Shown: in pieces, positions 18,492-27,986 of the stretch
Layout: each line of letters opens with the position of its first letter
Position numbering within the stretch: position 1 is the stretch's first letter
IMG/VR virus record: IMGVR_UViG_2896201746_000001
Coordinates: 32,001 to 96,000 of that record
Reading direction: 5' to 3' (one strand)
Source: a virus
Lineage: Duplodnaviria; Caudoviricetes
Length of the DNA: 64,000 nucleotides
Notes under the pieces: generated by a model
The model's input: the letters and a program-made list of their open reading frames with translations, nothing else
Told to the model about the DNA's origin: nothing
Database searches by the model: none
Translations under genes and position numbers: made by a program

Positions 18492-20699
18492 ATGTCCGCA
18501 CAGGTGATCGCGATGCGTAAACCCGCAATCGACATCGAGGCCAAGGTGAAGTGCCGGGAATGCGGGTTCGAGGGGCATTCCCTCTACAAGCATATCCAGG
18601 ACGCCCATGGCCTGAGCGCCGAGGACTACATCGCCAAGCATCCCGGGGCCGAGCTGCTGTCGCCGCTCGGCAATGAGGTGATGAAGGCGCATTTCTCGGC
18701 CCAGGCCGAGGTACGCTACACCAGCGAGCCGAAATCGTCGATCGACCTGTTCGCCATCGGCTTCGGCAAGGCGACCGGCTACACCAAGCAGATGCCGGTG
18801 CGTACCTATGCCGGCTTCACCAAGGAGCACGGCGTCCCGGACGTCGATCCGAACTACTACTTCCCCGAGGCCGTCAGCCGCGACCTCATCATGGGCATGG
18901 AGAAGGGCGGGCGCGTCTATGCCCACGGCCCGACCGGCTCCGGCAAGTGCCTCGGCAAGGGCACGCCGGTGATGATGTTCAACGGCACGATTCGGCCTGT
19001 CGAGGATGTGCGGGTCGGCGATCTGCTGATGGGGCCTGATAGCTTTCCGCGCCGCGTTGTGGCGATCGGCAGCGGGCGCGAGCCGCTTTATCGCGTCGTG
19101 CCGACCAAGGGCGATGCCTACGTCGTCAACGAGAGCCATATTCTGTCGCTGCGCATGACGAACGGATCAAAGCGCTCGTGCGGCATTGAGGATGGCTCAA
19201 TCGTCAACATCGAGGTGCGCGACTACCTTCAGAAGACATCGACCTTCAAGCATTGTGCGAAGGGCTGGCGCGCTGGTGTCGATTTTCTCCCCCTGGCCGA
19301 GCCGCTGCCGCTTGAGCCGTATTTTCTTGGTCTTTGGCTGGGTGACGGCAATTCGGCGAACTCGAACATCTGGTCGACGGAACCCGAGATCGGCGCGTAT
19401 CTTCACGACTACGCCCGTCGCCTTGGAATGGTGTGCCGCGAGGACCGCTCGGCGTCGTCCGTCGATCTCGTCACCTACTCGATCTCGAAGCCCGGAGGTA
19501 AGAAGCATACCCACGTTTTGCGCCAGGCGCTTCGCCTGCACGGCCTGATCGACAACAAGCATGTTCCGCATGCCTATAAGACGGCATCGCGTTCCGAGCG
19601 CCTGGAGCTTCTGGCCGGCATCATCGACACCGACGGCTGCCTCGGTGTCGGCGGCTATGATCTGACGCTGAAGTCCGAGCGCCTGCTGGATGACGTGGTT
19701 TTCGTGGCGCGTTCGCTCGGCTTTGCCGCATACAAGGCGGAAGCCAAGAAGACCTGCGCGAACAACGGCGTCGAGGATATCTATTATCGCTGCTGGATCA
19801 GCGGCGACATTGACCAGATCCCGTGCCGCGTCGAGCGCAAGAAGGCGACGCCGCGACAGCAGGTAAAGAATGTGCTGAACGTCGGCATCACGCTGGAGCC
19901 GTTGGGCGAGGGCGACTACTACGGCTTCCAGATCGAAGGACCGGATCGCCTGTTCCTGCTCGGCGACTTCACGGTGACGCATAACACCACCTGGTTCGAG
20001 CAGTTCGCTGCCCGCACCGGCCGCCCGTTCTGGCGCGAGCAGATGTTCCGCGAAAAGGAGCCGGTCGAGCTGACCGGCCTGTGGGTCGTCAATGACCGCG
20101 GCGCGATGGAGTATATGTACTCGGGCTTGGTGAAGGCGCTCCAGCAGCCGTCGATCATCTGCTTTGACGAATACGACAGCGGCAACGCGGTCGTCACGGC
20201 CATGTGCAACGCCCTGTTGGAGGGCAAGCCGCTGATCCTGGGCAACAAGGGCGGCGAGAAGATCTGGCCGCATCCGGAGTGCATCATGGTCGCCACCGGC
20301 AACACCAACGGCATGGGCGACGACACCGGCCTGTATGCCTCGACCAGCGTGCAGTCCTTTGCCACCATGAACCGCTTCCGCATGTTCGTGAAGATCGACT
20401 ACATGCCGGAGGAGAAGGAGCGCGAGGTCATCAAGCGCGTCTTCCCGAAGCTCCCCGAGGGCCGGGTGAAGAACATCGCGAAGGTCGCAAAGCTGGTGCG
20501 CGACGGTTACATCGGCGGCAAGGTGAGCTGCCCGCTCTCCACGCGCCAGGTGCTCAACTGGGCGGACTGGGATATGAGCACCGGCGAGTCCGGCCGCTCC
20601 TTCCGCCTCGCCTTCGTCAACCAGCTCAACGAAACCGACGCGAAGGTCGTCGGCGAGCTGTACCAGCGCGTTTACGCCAAGAGCATCGACGAGGATTAA
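18492..20699 (+). CDS. CobS/MoxR-like AAA+ ATPase with N-terminal C2H2 finger, intein-containing
   Basis: CREC...HIQDAH; GPTGSGK|T; FDEYD; ATGNTNG; NRF; STRQ. Confidence 0.9.
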   Translation: MSAQVIAMRKPAIDIEAKVKCRECGFEGHSLYKHIQDAHGLSAEDYIAKHPGAELLSPLGNEVMKAHFSAQAEVRYTSEPKSSIDLFAIGFGKATGYTKQMPVRTYAGFTKEHGVPDVDPNYYFPEAVSRDLIMGMEKGGRVYAHGPTGSGKCLGKGTPVMMFNGTIRPVEDVRVGDLLMGPDSFPRRVVAIGSGREPLYRVVPTKGDAYVVNESHILSLRMTNGSKRSCGIEDGSIVNIEVRDYLQKTSTFKHCAKGWRAGVDFLPLAEPLPLEPYFLGLWLGDGNSANSNIWSTEPEIGAYLHDYARRLGMVCREDRSASSVDLVTYSISKPGGKKHTHVLRQALRLHGLIDNKHVPHAYKTASRSERLELLAGIIDTDGCLGVGGYDLTLKSERLLDDVVFVARSLGFAAYKAEAKKTCANNGVEDIYYRCWISGDIDQIPCRVERKKATPRQQVKNVLNVGITLEPLGEGDYYGFQIEGPDRLFLLGDFTVTHNTTWFEQFAARTGRPFWREQMFREKEPVELTGLWVVNDRGAMEYMYSGLVKALQQPSIICFDEYDSGNAVVTAMCNALLEGKPLILGNKGGEKIWPHPECIMVATGNTNGMGDDTGLYASTSVQSFATMNRFRMFVKIDYMPEEKEREVIKRVFPKLPEGRVKNIAKVAKLVRDGYIGGKVSCPLSTRQVLNWADWDMSTGESGRSFRLAFVNQLNETDAKVVGELYQRVYAKSIDED
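18948..19985 (+). mobile_element. Intein with LAGLIDADG homing endonuclease in Walker A
   Basis: CLGKGTPV start, LGLWLGDG and LAGIIDTDG blocks, VTHN/T end; 346 aa. Confidence 0.95.
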
Positions 20700-20804
20700 G
20701 CGCGCCGTCGTCTATATGTCACCGCTGACGGACAGTAGCTTTTCCCCGCTCTGTCTGTCAGCGCTATAGTCATTTCACGAGTTATTTTTGTGGAGCGCAG
20801 TGAC

Positions 20805-21635
20805 ATGGACGACGTGATCTTCGAGGCCTCGCTCGTCGAGGCCGAGCTTCAGGCATTCCGCAGCCGTCCCTGCTACGGCACGCTGGCTCAGCCGGTCGCG
20901 CGCTGCGCGCTGTGCCTGGTTCATGACGACTGCGTGGCGCTGCGCAGCGAGGCTGCGGCCTCGCTCGACGTGATCGCCGAGCATTACGCCTATCTGCTGG
21001 CCGCCCGGCCCGCGCCGGCTACCTCCTGGCCCGAGGTGTTCGACGAGCTGGCGGTCGAAGCGACGCCGGCCCCGCAGCGCGAGCGCCGCCCTGCCGCCCG
21101 CCCCCGCCCGGAGGCCTTCGACTTCCGCGGCGTCATGCTGCGGCCGGACGGCGAGACGCTGGTGACGAAGACCCAGCTCACCGTCTCCGGCGATTTCCAG
21201 CAGCGCGCGAAGGACGTCCCCTGGCCCGAGCTGTTCTGCATGGAAAGCGGCAGGGATTACCGCATCACCTGCCCGGCCACCGAAGACCGCGACAAGCGCC
21301 ACCAGATCGACTGGTATCGCGCGGGAAGCTGCGTCGCCGTGATGCCCGACCTCGACCAGTTCGCCAATCTCGGCAACCCCTATGCCGGTCAGAGCCACGT
21401 CATTGGCGGCTCGATCGCCTACTGGACCTGGGAGATTGCCGGCGGCATGGCCGAGACGGTGCCGGTCGCGCCGCAGGACATCACCGACCGGGTGCTGTCG
21501 GCGTCGGGCATGCGCGGGACGGCCTACAACAAGGCCTGCGTGCGCGACGCCCTGCGCGACATGGCGCTGTTCGGAATCCTGCGCCGCTGCCGGCGCATCG
21601 ACAACGGACATCTGGTTTTTATCATCGAGAGGTGA
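20805..21635 (+). CDS. Hypothetical protein, Cys-rich N-terminus, possible C-terminal winged helix
   Basis: CYG...CALC...C; C-terminus resembles that of 49232..50488. Confidence 0.65.
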   Translation: MDDVIFEASLVEAELQAFRSRPCYGTLAQPVARCALCLVHDDCVALRSEAAASLDVIAEHYAYLLAARPAPATSWPEVFDELAVEATPAPQRERRPAARPRPEAFDFRGVMLRPDGETLVTKTQLTVSGDFQQRAKDVPWPELFCMESGRDYRITCPATEDRDKRHQIDWYRAGSCVAVMPDLDQFANLGNPYAGQSHVIGGSIAYWTWEIAGGMAETVPVAPQDITDRVLSASGMRGTAYNKACVRDALRDMALFGILRRCRRIDNGHLVFIIER

Positions 21636-21869
21636 TAATCTCCCGCCAGTCACAGAGCGGGACTGTGCTCCAAGAGCCACTGCCGGGGCAGGCGACTTCA
21701 AGCGCCGGCTCTTCCAAGCCTATCCTGCGCGCGAGCGCCGACCATGTGTTCCCCGCAATCGACGTCGTTGATGTAGACCATGGTGAAGGTGGGAAGCCCC
21801 GGCACTATTCGTTTGACCATATGTCAGTAATTAGTGAAGTATACGCAGACGCTGTTTTGTGAGGGCGAG

Positions 21870-24800
21870 ATGAGCATTCCCTTTCACCACCTGCACGGCC
21901 ACAGCTTTTTCAGCAATCTCCTGCAGCCTGACGCGCTCTCGTCTCCGGACGACCTCGCCAAGCGCGCGGCCAGCGTCGGTCTGTCCTCGATCTGCGTGAC
22001 CGATCATGCGTCGATCGCCGGCGTGCCGGCGCTGCTGAAGGCGGCAAAGAAGCACGGGCTGAAGGGCATCGTCGGATCCGAGCTTTACTGCACGACCGAC
22101 CCCGCATGGCGGCCGGCCAGCAAGGAGGAGGGCCGGCGCGACTACAGCCATGTCGTCGCGCTCGCGCAGAACCAGGATGGCTTCACCGAGCTGTGCCGGC
22201 TGCTGTCGAAGGCCTCCGGCGAACCGAACTTCTACGGCAAGCCGCGCAATGCCTTCGCCGACCTCTATGAGACGAAGAACCTGATCTTCACCACTGCCTG
22301 CGCCGGCGGCGTGCTCAAGCGCGGCGACGCCGACTGCGTGCTGCGCGAGCTGGTGGCGGCCGTCGGGCCGGAGCGCGTCTACCTGGAGATCCAGCCCCAT
22401 CAGGACGAGGGCCAGCGCCTGGTCAACGCGCGGGCGGTGCATCTGCGCGACCAGCTCGGCCTGCGCCTCGTTGCCACCCAGGATTTCCACTACGCCAACC
22501 CCGGCGACAATGTCGGCCATGAGGTGCTGCTGGCCGTCGGTAGCCAGGACGTCTGGTCGAACCCGGAGCGCTGGCGCTACCCGGTCGACGACCTCTATGT
22601 GAAGTCCGGCACCGAGATGCTCCAGGCCTTCGCGCCCTGGATCAAGTCGGGCGCGCTCGACAAGGCGCATGTGCTGGAGGCGTTCGAGAGCACGGCGATC
22701 ATCGCCGACCGGCTCGGCTTCGAGCTGACCAACCGCGCGATCTCCCTGCCGAAGATGTCCGACGACAGCCGCAAGACGCTGCTGGTGATGGCCGGCGAGG
22801 CGCTCAAGCGCAAGGGGCTGGCCGGCGACGAGCGCTATGTGAAGCGCCTCGTCCATGAGATGAACGTGCTGACCGAGGCCGGCTTCCTCGACTATTTCCT
22901 GATCCTGGCCGACATCATCGCCTGGGCGAAGCGCAACGGCATCGCGGTCGGCCCCGGCCGCGGCTCGGCCGGCGGCTCGCTGCTGTGCTATCTGATCGGC
23001 ATCACCACGATCGACCCGATCCGGCACGGCCTGATCTTCGAGCGCTTCTTCCGTCCCGGCCGCCTCGACCTGCCCGACATCGACACCGATTTCGAGGACG
23101 AGCGCCGCGACGAGGTGCTCGACTACATCGAGCGCAAATACGGCAAGGACCATGTCTGCGGCGTGGCGAGCTACACCATGCTCAAGCCCCGCGGCGCGAT
23201 GAAGGACGTCGGCCGCGTCTTCGAGATCAACCACGTCGAGATCAACCAGGTCACGGGCGCGATCAAGGTGCCCGACATCCAGGTCGACGATCCGGAGGCC
23301 GAGAAGGCGCATGCCGAGGAGATCTTCGCCGACCCCGCCGTCGCCGGCTTCTTCCGCAAGTACCCGGTCGTCGAGCCGCATGTCCGCGCGCTGACCGGCT
23401 GGATGCGCGGCACCGGCCAGCATGCCGCCGGCGTCGTGATCTCCGGCGTGCCCGTCGCCGACCTGTGCGCGCTGCTGCGCGGCAAGGACGGCCGGCGCGT
23501 GTCGTGCTGGGACAAGTGGCAGATCGAGAACATGGGGCAGATGAAGCTCGACATTCTCGGCCTGCGCACGATGACGATCCTGCGCCACGCCGCCGAGTAT
23601 GTGCTCCAGCGCACCGGCCGCCGCATCGTCTACGAAGACCTGTCCCTCGACGATCCCCGCACCCTGGAGCTGTTCGACAAGGGCGATACGACCGGCGTGT
23701 TCCAGTGCGAGAGCCACGGCATGCGCGAGGTCTTCAAGGGCTGCAAGGTCGACCGCTTCTCGATCATCGCCGACGTGATCTCGCTCTACCGGCCCGGTCC
23801 GATGAAGGAGATCCCGAAATACCAGCAGGTCCAGACCGGGCAGATTCCGGCGACCTACATGCACCCGCTCCTGCAGCCGATCCTGGAGCCGACCTTCGGC
23901 ACCCTGATCTATCAGGAGCAGATGATGGAGGTGTTCGTGCAGGTCGGCGGCTTCGACTTCACTGAAGCCGACAAGATGCGCAAAATCTGCGGCAAGAAGC
24001 TGGGGCCGGCCGAGTTCGCCAAGCATGCACCGCCCTTCATCGAGGGCGCGAAGCGGAACGGGCTGACCGAGCAGGAGGCCGAGGCGATCTTCGCGACGAT
24101 GGCCGAGTTCGGCATCTACTCGTTCAACAAGTCCCACGCCTACGCCTACGCCACCATCGCCTATTGGACGGCCTACATGAAGGCCAACTTCCCGGCCGAG
24201 TTCTGGGCAGCGCATCTGTCCTGCACCGAATCGTCCGAGAAGCTGAAGCTGGCGATGAAGGACGTGGTGAAGGCCGGCATGCAGATCGACTGGCCGAACG
24301 TTAACACCTCCCACGCCACGCGCTTCGTACCGATCTCCGACGTGATGATCGCAGCGCCGCTGACCGCGATCCACGGCGTCGGCGAGAAGGCGGCCGAGCT
24401 GATCGCCGGCGCTCGCGAAGGGCGCATCGACAACCAGGGCCTGGCCCGCGGCGAAGCTCGGCAAGAGAAGAAGGGCATCGTGCAATTCGACGCGAGCCGG
24501 ACAGTCGCAGGAGCGTTTACAAGCGCCCAGGATTTCGCCAATCGCATCTATGCGCGTGTCGTCAACAAGCGCGTGACAGACGCCCTACAGAGCGTTGGAG
24601 CGTTCCCTTGGGCACGTCCGCATGACGACGTGCTGACAGCGAAGCGACGCGAACTGATGAAGGATCTCGCGGTCGACGTGCTGACGGTCGACACCGGGGC
24701 AACGCTGCTGATCGACAACTCGACGGTGGCGGCGTTGCAGCGCATCTTTACGGTCCTGCCCGTGTTCGAGCAGGAGACGAAGATGAAGGCGGTCTACCCC

Positions 24801-25250
24801 GGCATGACCGGCAAGTCGGCGCGCATCATGGCGATCCTGGGTGCGCCGGGCTGGCAGGAGGAGAAGGCCGGCACGATGGGCCAGAACCCCGCCTTCGAGA
24901 AGCTGCTCGACGTGCTGCGGCCGGAGCTGTCGCTCAAGCCGTCCGACTTCTACTTCACCAGCCTGTACCGCTTCCGCAAGCCGCCGCTCGGCTTTGACCA
25001 ATGGCGCGATAGGTCAATTGAGCTATTGCACCATGAGATTGACATCGTGAAGCCGCCACTCATCATCGCCATCGGCTCGGACGTCACCAAGGCGCTGATG
25101 GGCGAGGATGCCAGCGTCATGCGCCTGCACGCCAAGACCGAGCGCTTCAAGGACTTCCCGGTGGTGTTCTGCAAGTCGCCGATGCTGGACGGTGTTGGCC
25201 CGGACGATCTCCGGCAAGTTTCGCTCGCCATCTCTGAGCTTCTTGTCTAA
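21870..25250 (+). CDS. dnaE: DNA polymerase III alpha with degenerate C-terminal UDG-like domain
   Basis: PHP HLHGHS/TDH, GPGRGSAGGS, PDIDTDF, QHAAG, KLDILGL, FNKSHA. Confidence 0.95.
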   Translation: MSIPFHHLHGHSFFSNLLQPDALSSPDDLAKRAASVGLSSICVTDHASIAGVPALLKAAKKHGLKGIVGSELYCTTDPAWRPASKEEGRRDYSHVVALAQNQDGFTELCRLLSKASGEPNFYGKPRNAFADLYETKNLIFTTACAGGVLKRGDADCVLRELVAAVGPERVYLEIQPHQDEGQRLVNARAVHLRDQLGLRLVATQDFHYANPGDNVGHEVLLAVGSQDVWSNPERWRYPVDDLYVKSGTEMLQAFAPWIKSGALDKAHVLEAFESTAIIADRLGFELTNRAISLPKMSDDSRKTLLVMAGEALKRKGLAGDERYVKRLVHEMNVLTEAGFLDYFLILADIIAWAKRNGIAVGPGRGSAGGSLLCYLIGITTIDPIRHGLIFERFFRPGRLDLPDIDTDFEDERRDEVLDYIERKYGKDHVCGVASYTMLKPRGAMKDVGRVFEINHVEINQVTGAIKVPDIQVDDPEAEKAHAEEIFADPAVAGFFRKYPVVEPHVRALTGWMRGTGQHAAGVVISGVPVADLCALLRGKDGRRVSCWDKWQIENMGQMKLDILGLRTMTILRHAAEYVLQRTGRRIVYEDLSLDDPRTLELFDKGDTTGVFQCESHGMREVFKGCKVDRFSIIADVISLYRPGPMKEIPKYQQVQTGQIPATYMHPLLQPILEPTFGTLIYQEQMMEVFVQVGGFDFTEADKMRKICGKKLGPAEFAKHAPPFIEGAKRNGLTEQEAEAIFATMAEFGIYSFNKSHAYAYATIAYWTAYMKANFPAEFWAAHLSCTESSEKLKLAMKDVVKAGMQIDWPNVNTSHATRFVPISDVMIAAPLTAIHGVGEKAAELIAGAREGRIDNQGLARGEARQEKKGIVQFDASRTVAGAFTSAQDFANRIYARVVNKRVTDALQSVGAFPWARPHDDVLTAKRRELMKDLAVDVLTVDTGATLLIDNSTVAALQRIFTVLPVFEQETKMKAVYPGMTGKSARIMAILGAPGWQEEKAGTMGQNPAFEKLLDVLRPELSLKPSDFYFTSLYRFRKPPLGFDQWRDRSIELLHHEIDIVKPPLIIAIGSDVTKALMGEDASVMRLHAKTERFKDFPVVFCKSPMLDGVGPDDLRQVSLAISELLV

Positions 25251-25291
25251 CTTCTCTATCAGTCACTAATTACAAATATAAAGGTGATGAT

Positions 25292-25582
25292 ATGAATGTG
25301 TCTGTTTCTGAACAGCAAGTCGAGGACGCCGTAAAGGCGCTGATCGCCGCGAACACCCGGCATCTTGAGGAGCTGGGGCCGATGGCCGGCATCGTCGCGA
25401 ACGAGGAGCTGACGAAGGGCCTGGTCGAGCGCTCGCTCGCGACGCTGGTCGAACTCGGCATGGCCGTGAAGGACGATCGGGGCGCGGCGCTCCTGACTGA
25501 CTTCGGGCGGGCGGTGCTTCAGCACCCCCGCGCCCGCGAGATCAGCGCCGCGATGCTCGGCGAGCAGGCCGGGAGGGCGTGA
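25292..25582 (+). CDS. Hypothetical protein, possible winged helix
   Basis: SLATLVELGMAV...LTDFG. Confidence 0.6.
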   Translation: MNVSVSEQQVEDAVKALIAANTRHLEELGPMAGIVANEELTKGLVERSLATLVELGMAVKDDRGAALLTDFGRAVLQHPRAREISAAMLGEQAGRA

Positions 25583-25585
25583 GCG

Positions 25586-26005
25586 ATGACGATTGTTCGC
25601 GACGCCCACGGCATGCTCTGCCCGAAGTGCGGCCAGGATGACTGCATCGACGTTGCCGCGCTTGTTCATGTTCGCCTGACGGGTAGCGGCAGTGACGCCG
25701 ATTTGAGCTTCGACGGCAGCCATGAATGGGACGATGACAGCCGCTGCTGCTGCGGTGCCTGCGGTCACGGCGGCACCGTGAGCGACTTCAGAAAAGCCGC
25801 AGAGCAGCAGATGGTCCGCGAGCTGGTCGACCTCTTCGGCGAGAAGGGCCGCCCGGACGACTTCCTGGATGGCCATGTCCATGACGCCAAGTTCGCCGAA
25901 GCCTCGCAGATCAACAACGGCGGCGTCGAGGATCAGATCGCCTATCTGATCGCCGTCGAAGGCTTCGAGGCGGTGCGCCAGATGATCGAGGAGGACGAGC
26001 AGTGA
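25586..26005 (+). CDS. Zn-ribbon hypothetical protein
   Basis: CPKCG...CGACG. Confidence 0.7.
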   Translation: MTIVRDAHGMLCPKCGQDDCIDVAALVHVRLTGSGSDADLSFDGSHEWDDDSRCCCGACGHGGTVSDFRKAAEQQMVRELVDLFGEKGRPDDFLDGHVHDAKFAEASQINNGGVEDQIAYLIAVEGFEAVRQMIEEDEQ

Positions 26006-26388
26006 AGATCACCAACCAGGAGCGCGACACCATCCTCGCCGCGCTGCGCTTCTACCAGAGCAAGGGCATGGGCGATCCCTTCAACCGTCCCGACGACATC
26101 CACGACATCGCCACTAACGGCGGCGACGGCATCAGCCTGGACGACGCCGGCATCGACGCCCTGTGCGAGCGCCTGAATGTCGAGCAGGAGGGGCCGGATC
26201 CGATCGGGGCGCTGATCGAAGAGTTCGGCGGCGACCGCGGCGTTTGGGGCGAGCACCCCGGCTACCCGCGTGCCGACTGGCGCTATCAGGTCGAGAACGG
26301 CGACACGAACCTCGGCTACTGGGAGTGGGTCGAGAACGAACTGGCGATCGAGCGCTCTGCGCCCGTCGCCGAGGGCGGGGAGGCCTGA
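26002..26388 (+). CDS. Hypothetical phage protein
   Basis: GTGA overlap; DWRYQVENGDTNLGYWEWV. Confidence 0.7.
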   Translation: MKITNQERDTILAALRFYQSKGMGDPFNRPDDIHDIATNGGDGISLDDAGIDALCERLNVEQEGPDPIGALIEEFGGDRGVWGEHPGYPRADWRYQVENGDTNLGYWEWVENELAIERSAPVAEGGEA

Positions 26389-26390
26389 CG

Positions 26391-26885
26391 ATGGAGCTGA
26401 TGCTTCCGACGCTCGGGATGGCGAACGCCCAGCTCACGCGGCATGAGAGCGTCAACTTCGACCATCGCATCGTCAGCACCTTCCGGGGCGAGCGGTTGGC
26501 CGAGGAGATCGCGGAGAAGGCCGCGGCGATCCGCGCCAGCTCGGGCATCAAGATCGCCATCATCGCCCCGCTGTCGATCAACCGCGTGCGCTATGCGCTG
26601 ACGGCCGAGACGGATTTCCGCGCCGGCGAGTGGAAGCTCTGGTGGTTCGGGCTTGCCAACGGCAAGCAGCTCACCGACGCCGCCCGCGCGCACCTCAACG
26701 GCATGGCGGACGTTCGCGAGGCGATCGCGCGCTGGTGCGACAGCAACGTCGCGGCCCTGCGCGAGGAGAGGGTCGCCGAGTTCGTGGCGAGCACCCTCGC
26801 CCATGTCTCGGCCATCGAGAGCAACATGCGCCAGGTCCGGGCCGCCCTGGAGGCCGTCGGCGCGCAGCAGAGGGAGACCGTCTGA
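26391..26885 (+). CDS. Hypothetical protein
   Basis: MELMLPTLG..., RBS GGAGG. Confidence 0.65.
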   Translation: MELMLPTLGMANAQLTRHESVNFDHRIVSTFRGERLAEEIAEKAAAIRASSGIKIAIIAPLSINRVRYALTAETDFRAGEWKLWWFGLANGKQLTDAARAHLNGMADVREAIARWCDSNVAALREERVAEFVASTLAHVSAIESNMRQVRAALEAVGAQQRETV

Positions 26886-27127
26886 TGCGCGACATCGGCC
26901 TGTTCGAGGCGATCAGCATCCGCGCCAAGGCCGCGCGGCTCGTGATGCGCGAGACGAGCGGTCACGAGTTCGAGGGGACCGACGAGGAGCTGATCGACCG
27001 GGCGGAAAAGGGACATCCGCGCCTCGCCCGCGCGCTCAAGATCGCCGACGGCATCATCCGCATGACCGAGGAGGCCCACTTCCCCGTCGCCAGCAAGACG
27101 CGGGGCATCGCCTCCGGCTGGGAGTGA
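26885..27127 (+). CDS. Hypothetical protein ending ASGWE
   Basis: MRDIGLFE..., TGATG coupled. Confidence 0.65.
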   Translation: MRDIGLFEAISIRAKAARLVMRETSGHEFEGTDEELIDRAEKGHPRLARALKIADGIIRMTEEAHFPVASKTRGIASGWE

Positions 27128-27366
27128 CCGAATTGCGCTGCCCCAAGATTCCCCGCCGGCGCAGCAACCGTCCCAGGCCCGCCTCCCGCTCCCTTCCCGG
27201 CCGCTGGTACGTCGATGAGTGCGGGTGGTGGGTCAGGCCGAACGCGAACGGCACGGCCACCTTTCTTAGCTGCTCCGGCAGCTTCACCGATCGGCTCGAT
27301 CCCCGCATGAAGCTCTGGCCGACCGATCAGAACCCACCCATCATCACGGAGACCGCCTTTCCATGA
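27124..27366 (+). CDS. Hypothetical protein
   Basis: GTG start overlapping upstream stop; ATGA overlap with the next gene. Confidence 0.5.
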   Translation: MTELRCPKIPRRRSNRPRPASRSLPGRWYVDECGWWVRPNANGTATFLSCSGSFTDRLDPRMKLWPTDQNPPIITETAFP

Positions 27367-27830
27367 TCCCCACCGACGGCATCGCACGGGCCTTCAGCAT
27401 CCGCCCGGAAGATCTTGCGATGGACCTGCAGATCAACCCGACCAACATGGACGACGCCATCATCCGGCAGGCCGGCCTGTACGCCTACTACGTCTCTGCC
27501 CATGCCGAGGCCGAGGGCCGGCTGCGTCAGGCCAAGCTGGAGCGGGACGTCTTCACGGCCGCGCTGGACAAGCAGCTCCGCGACCAGGCGCTGGCTCGCG
27601 GCCAGAAGCTGACCGAGAAGCAGGTCGAAATGCAGGTCATGCTGCATCCGGACTGGAAGGTGCGCGTGCAGCGCGTCAACGAGCTCGAGGCCGCGGTGTC
27701 GCAGTTGGAGGGCCTGGTCAGGGCGTTCGCCCAGAAGAAGGACATGCTGGTCACGCTCGCGACGAACATCCGGGCCGAGCGCCAGCAGAGCTTCGCCATC
27801 CGCAATCAGCCGCAGACGCCGTTCGGCTGA
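27363..27830 (+). CDS. UvsY-like recombination mediator
   Basis: DLQINPTNMD...QAGLYAYY...LTEKQVE...AFAQKKDML coiled-coil pattern; next to SSB and RecA. Confidence 0.6.
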   Translation: MIPTDGIARAFSIRPEDLAMDLQINPTNMDDAIIRQAGLYAYYVSAHAEAEGRLRQAKLERDVFTAALDKQLRDQALARGQKLTEKQVEMQVMLHPDWKVRVQRVNELEAAVSQLEGLVRAFAQKKDMLVTLATNIRAERQQSFAIRNQPQTPFG

Positions 27831-27986
27831 TCGACGAGGTGAGAATCACACCTTTGCGTGGGCAACTATCATTGACCGATGACAGAAACAAAGCTAGTTT
27901 GTATCTCGTGACGTGATGAACGTCCAACGCCGTAGTGCATCGTTCCACAGTTATCATTCATTCCTGATAGAAACTGAGGTTTTTCC

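Noticed and set aside
15571-20699. Cobalamin biosynthesis (cobaltochelatase) assignment
   Set aside because: No cobN or other cob genes in the window; the pair is a generic MoxR/vWA module common in phages
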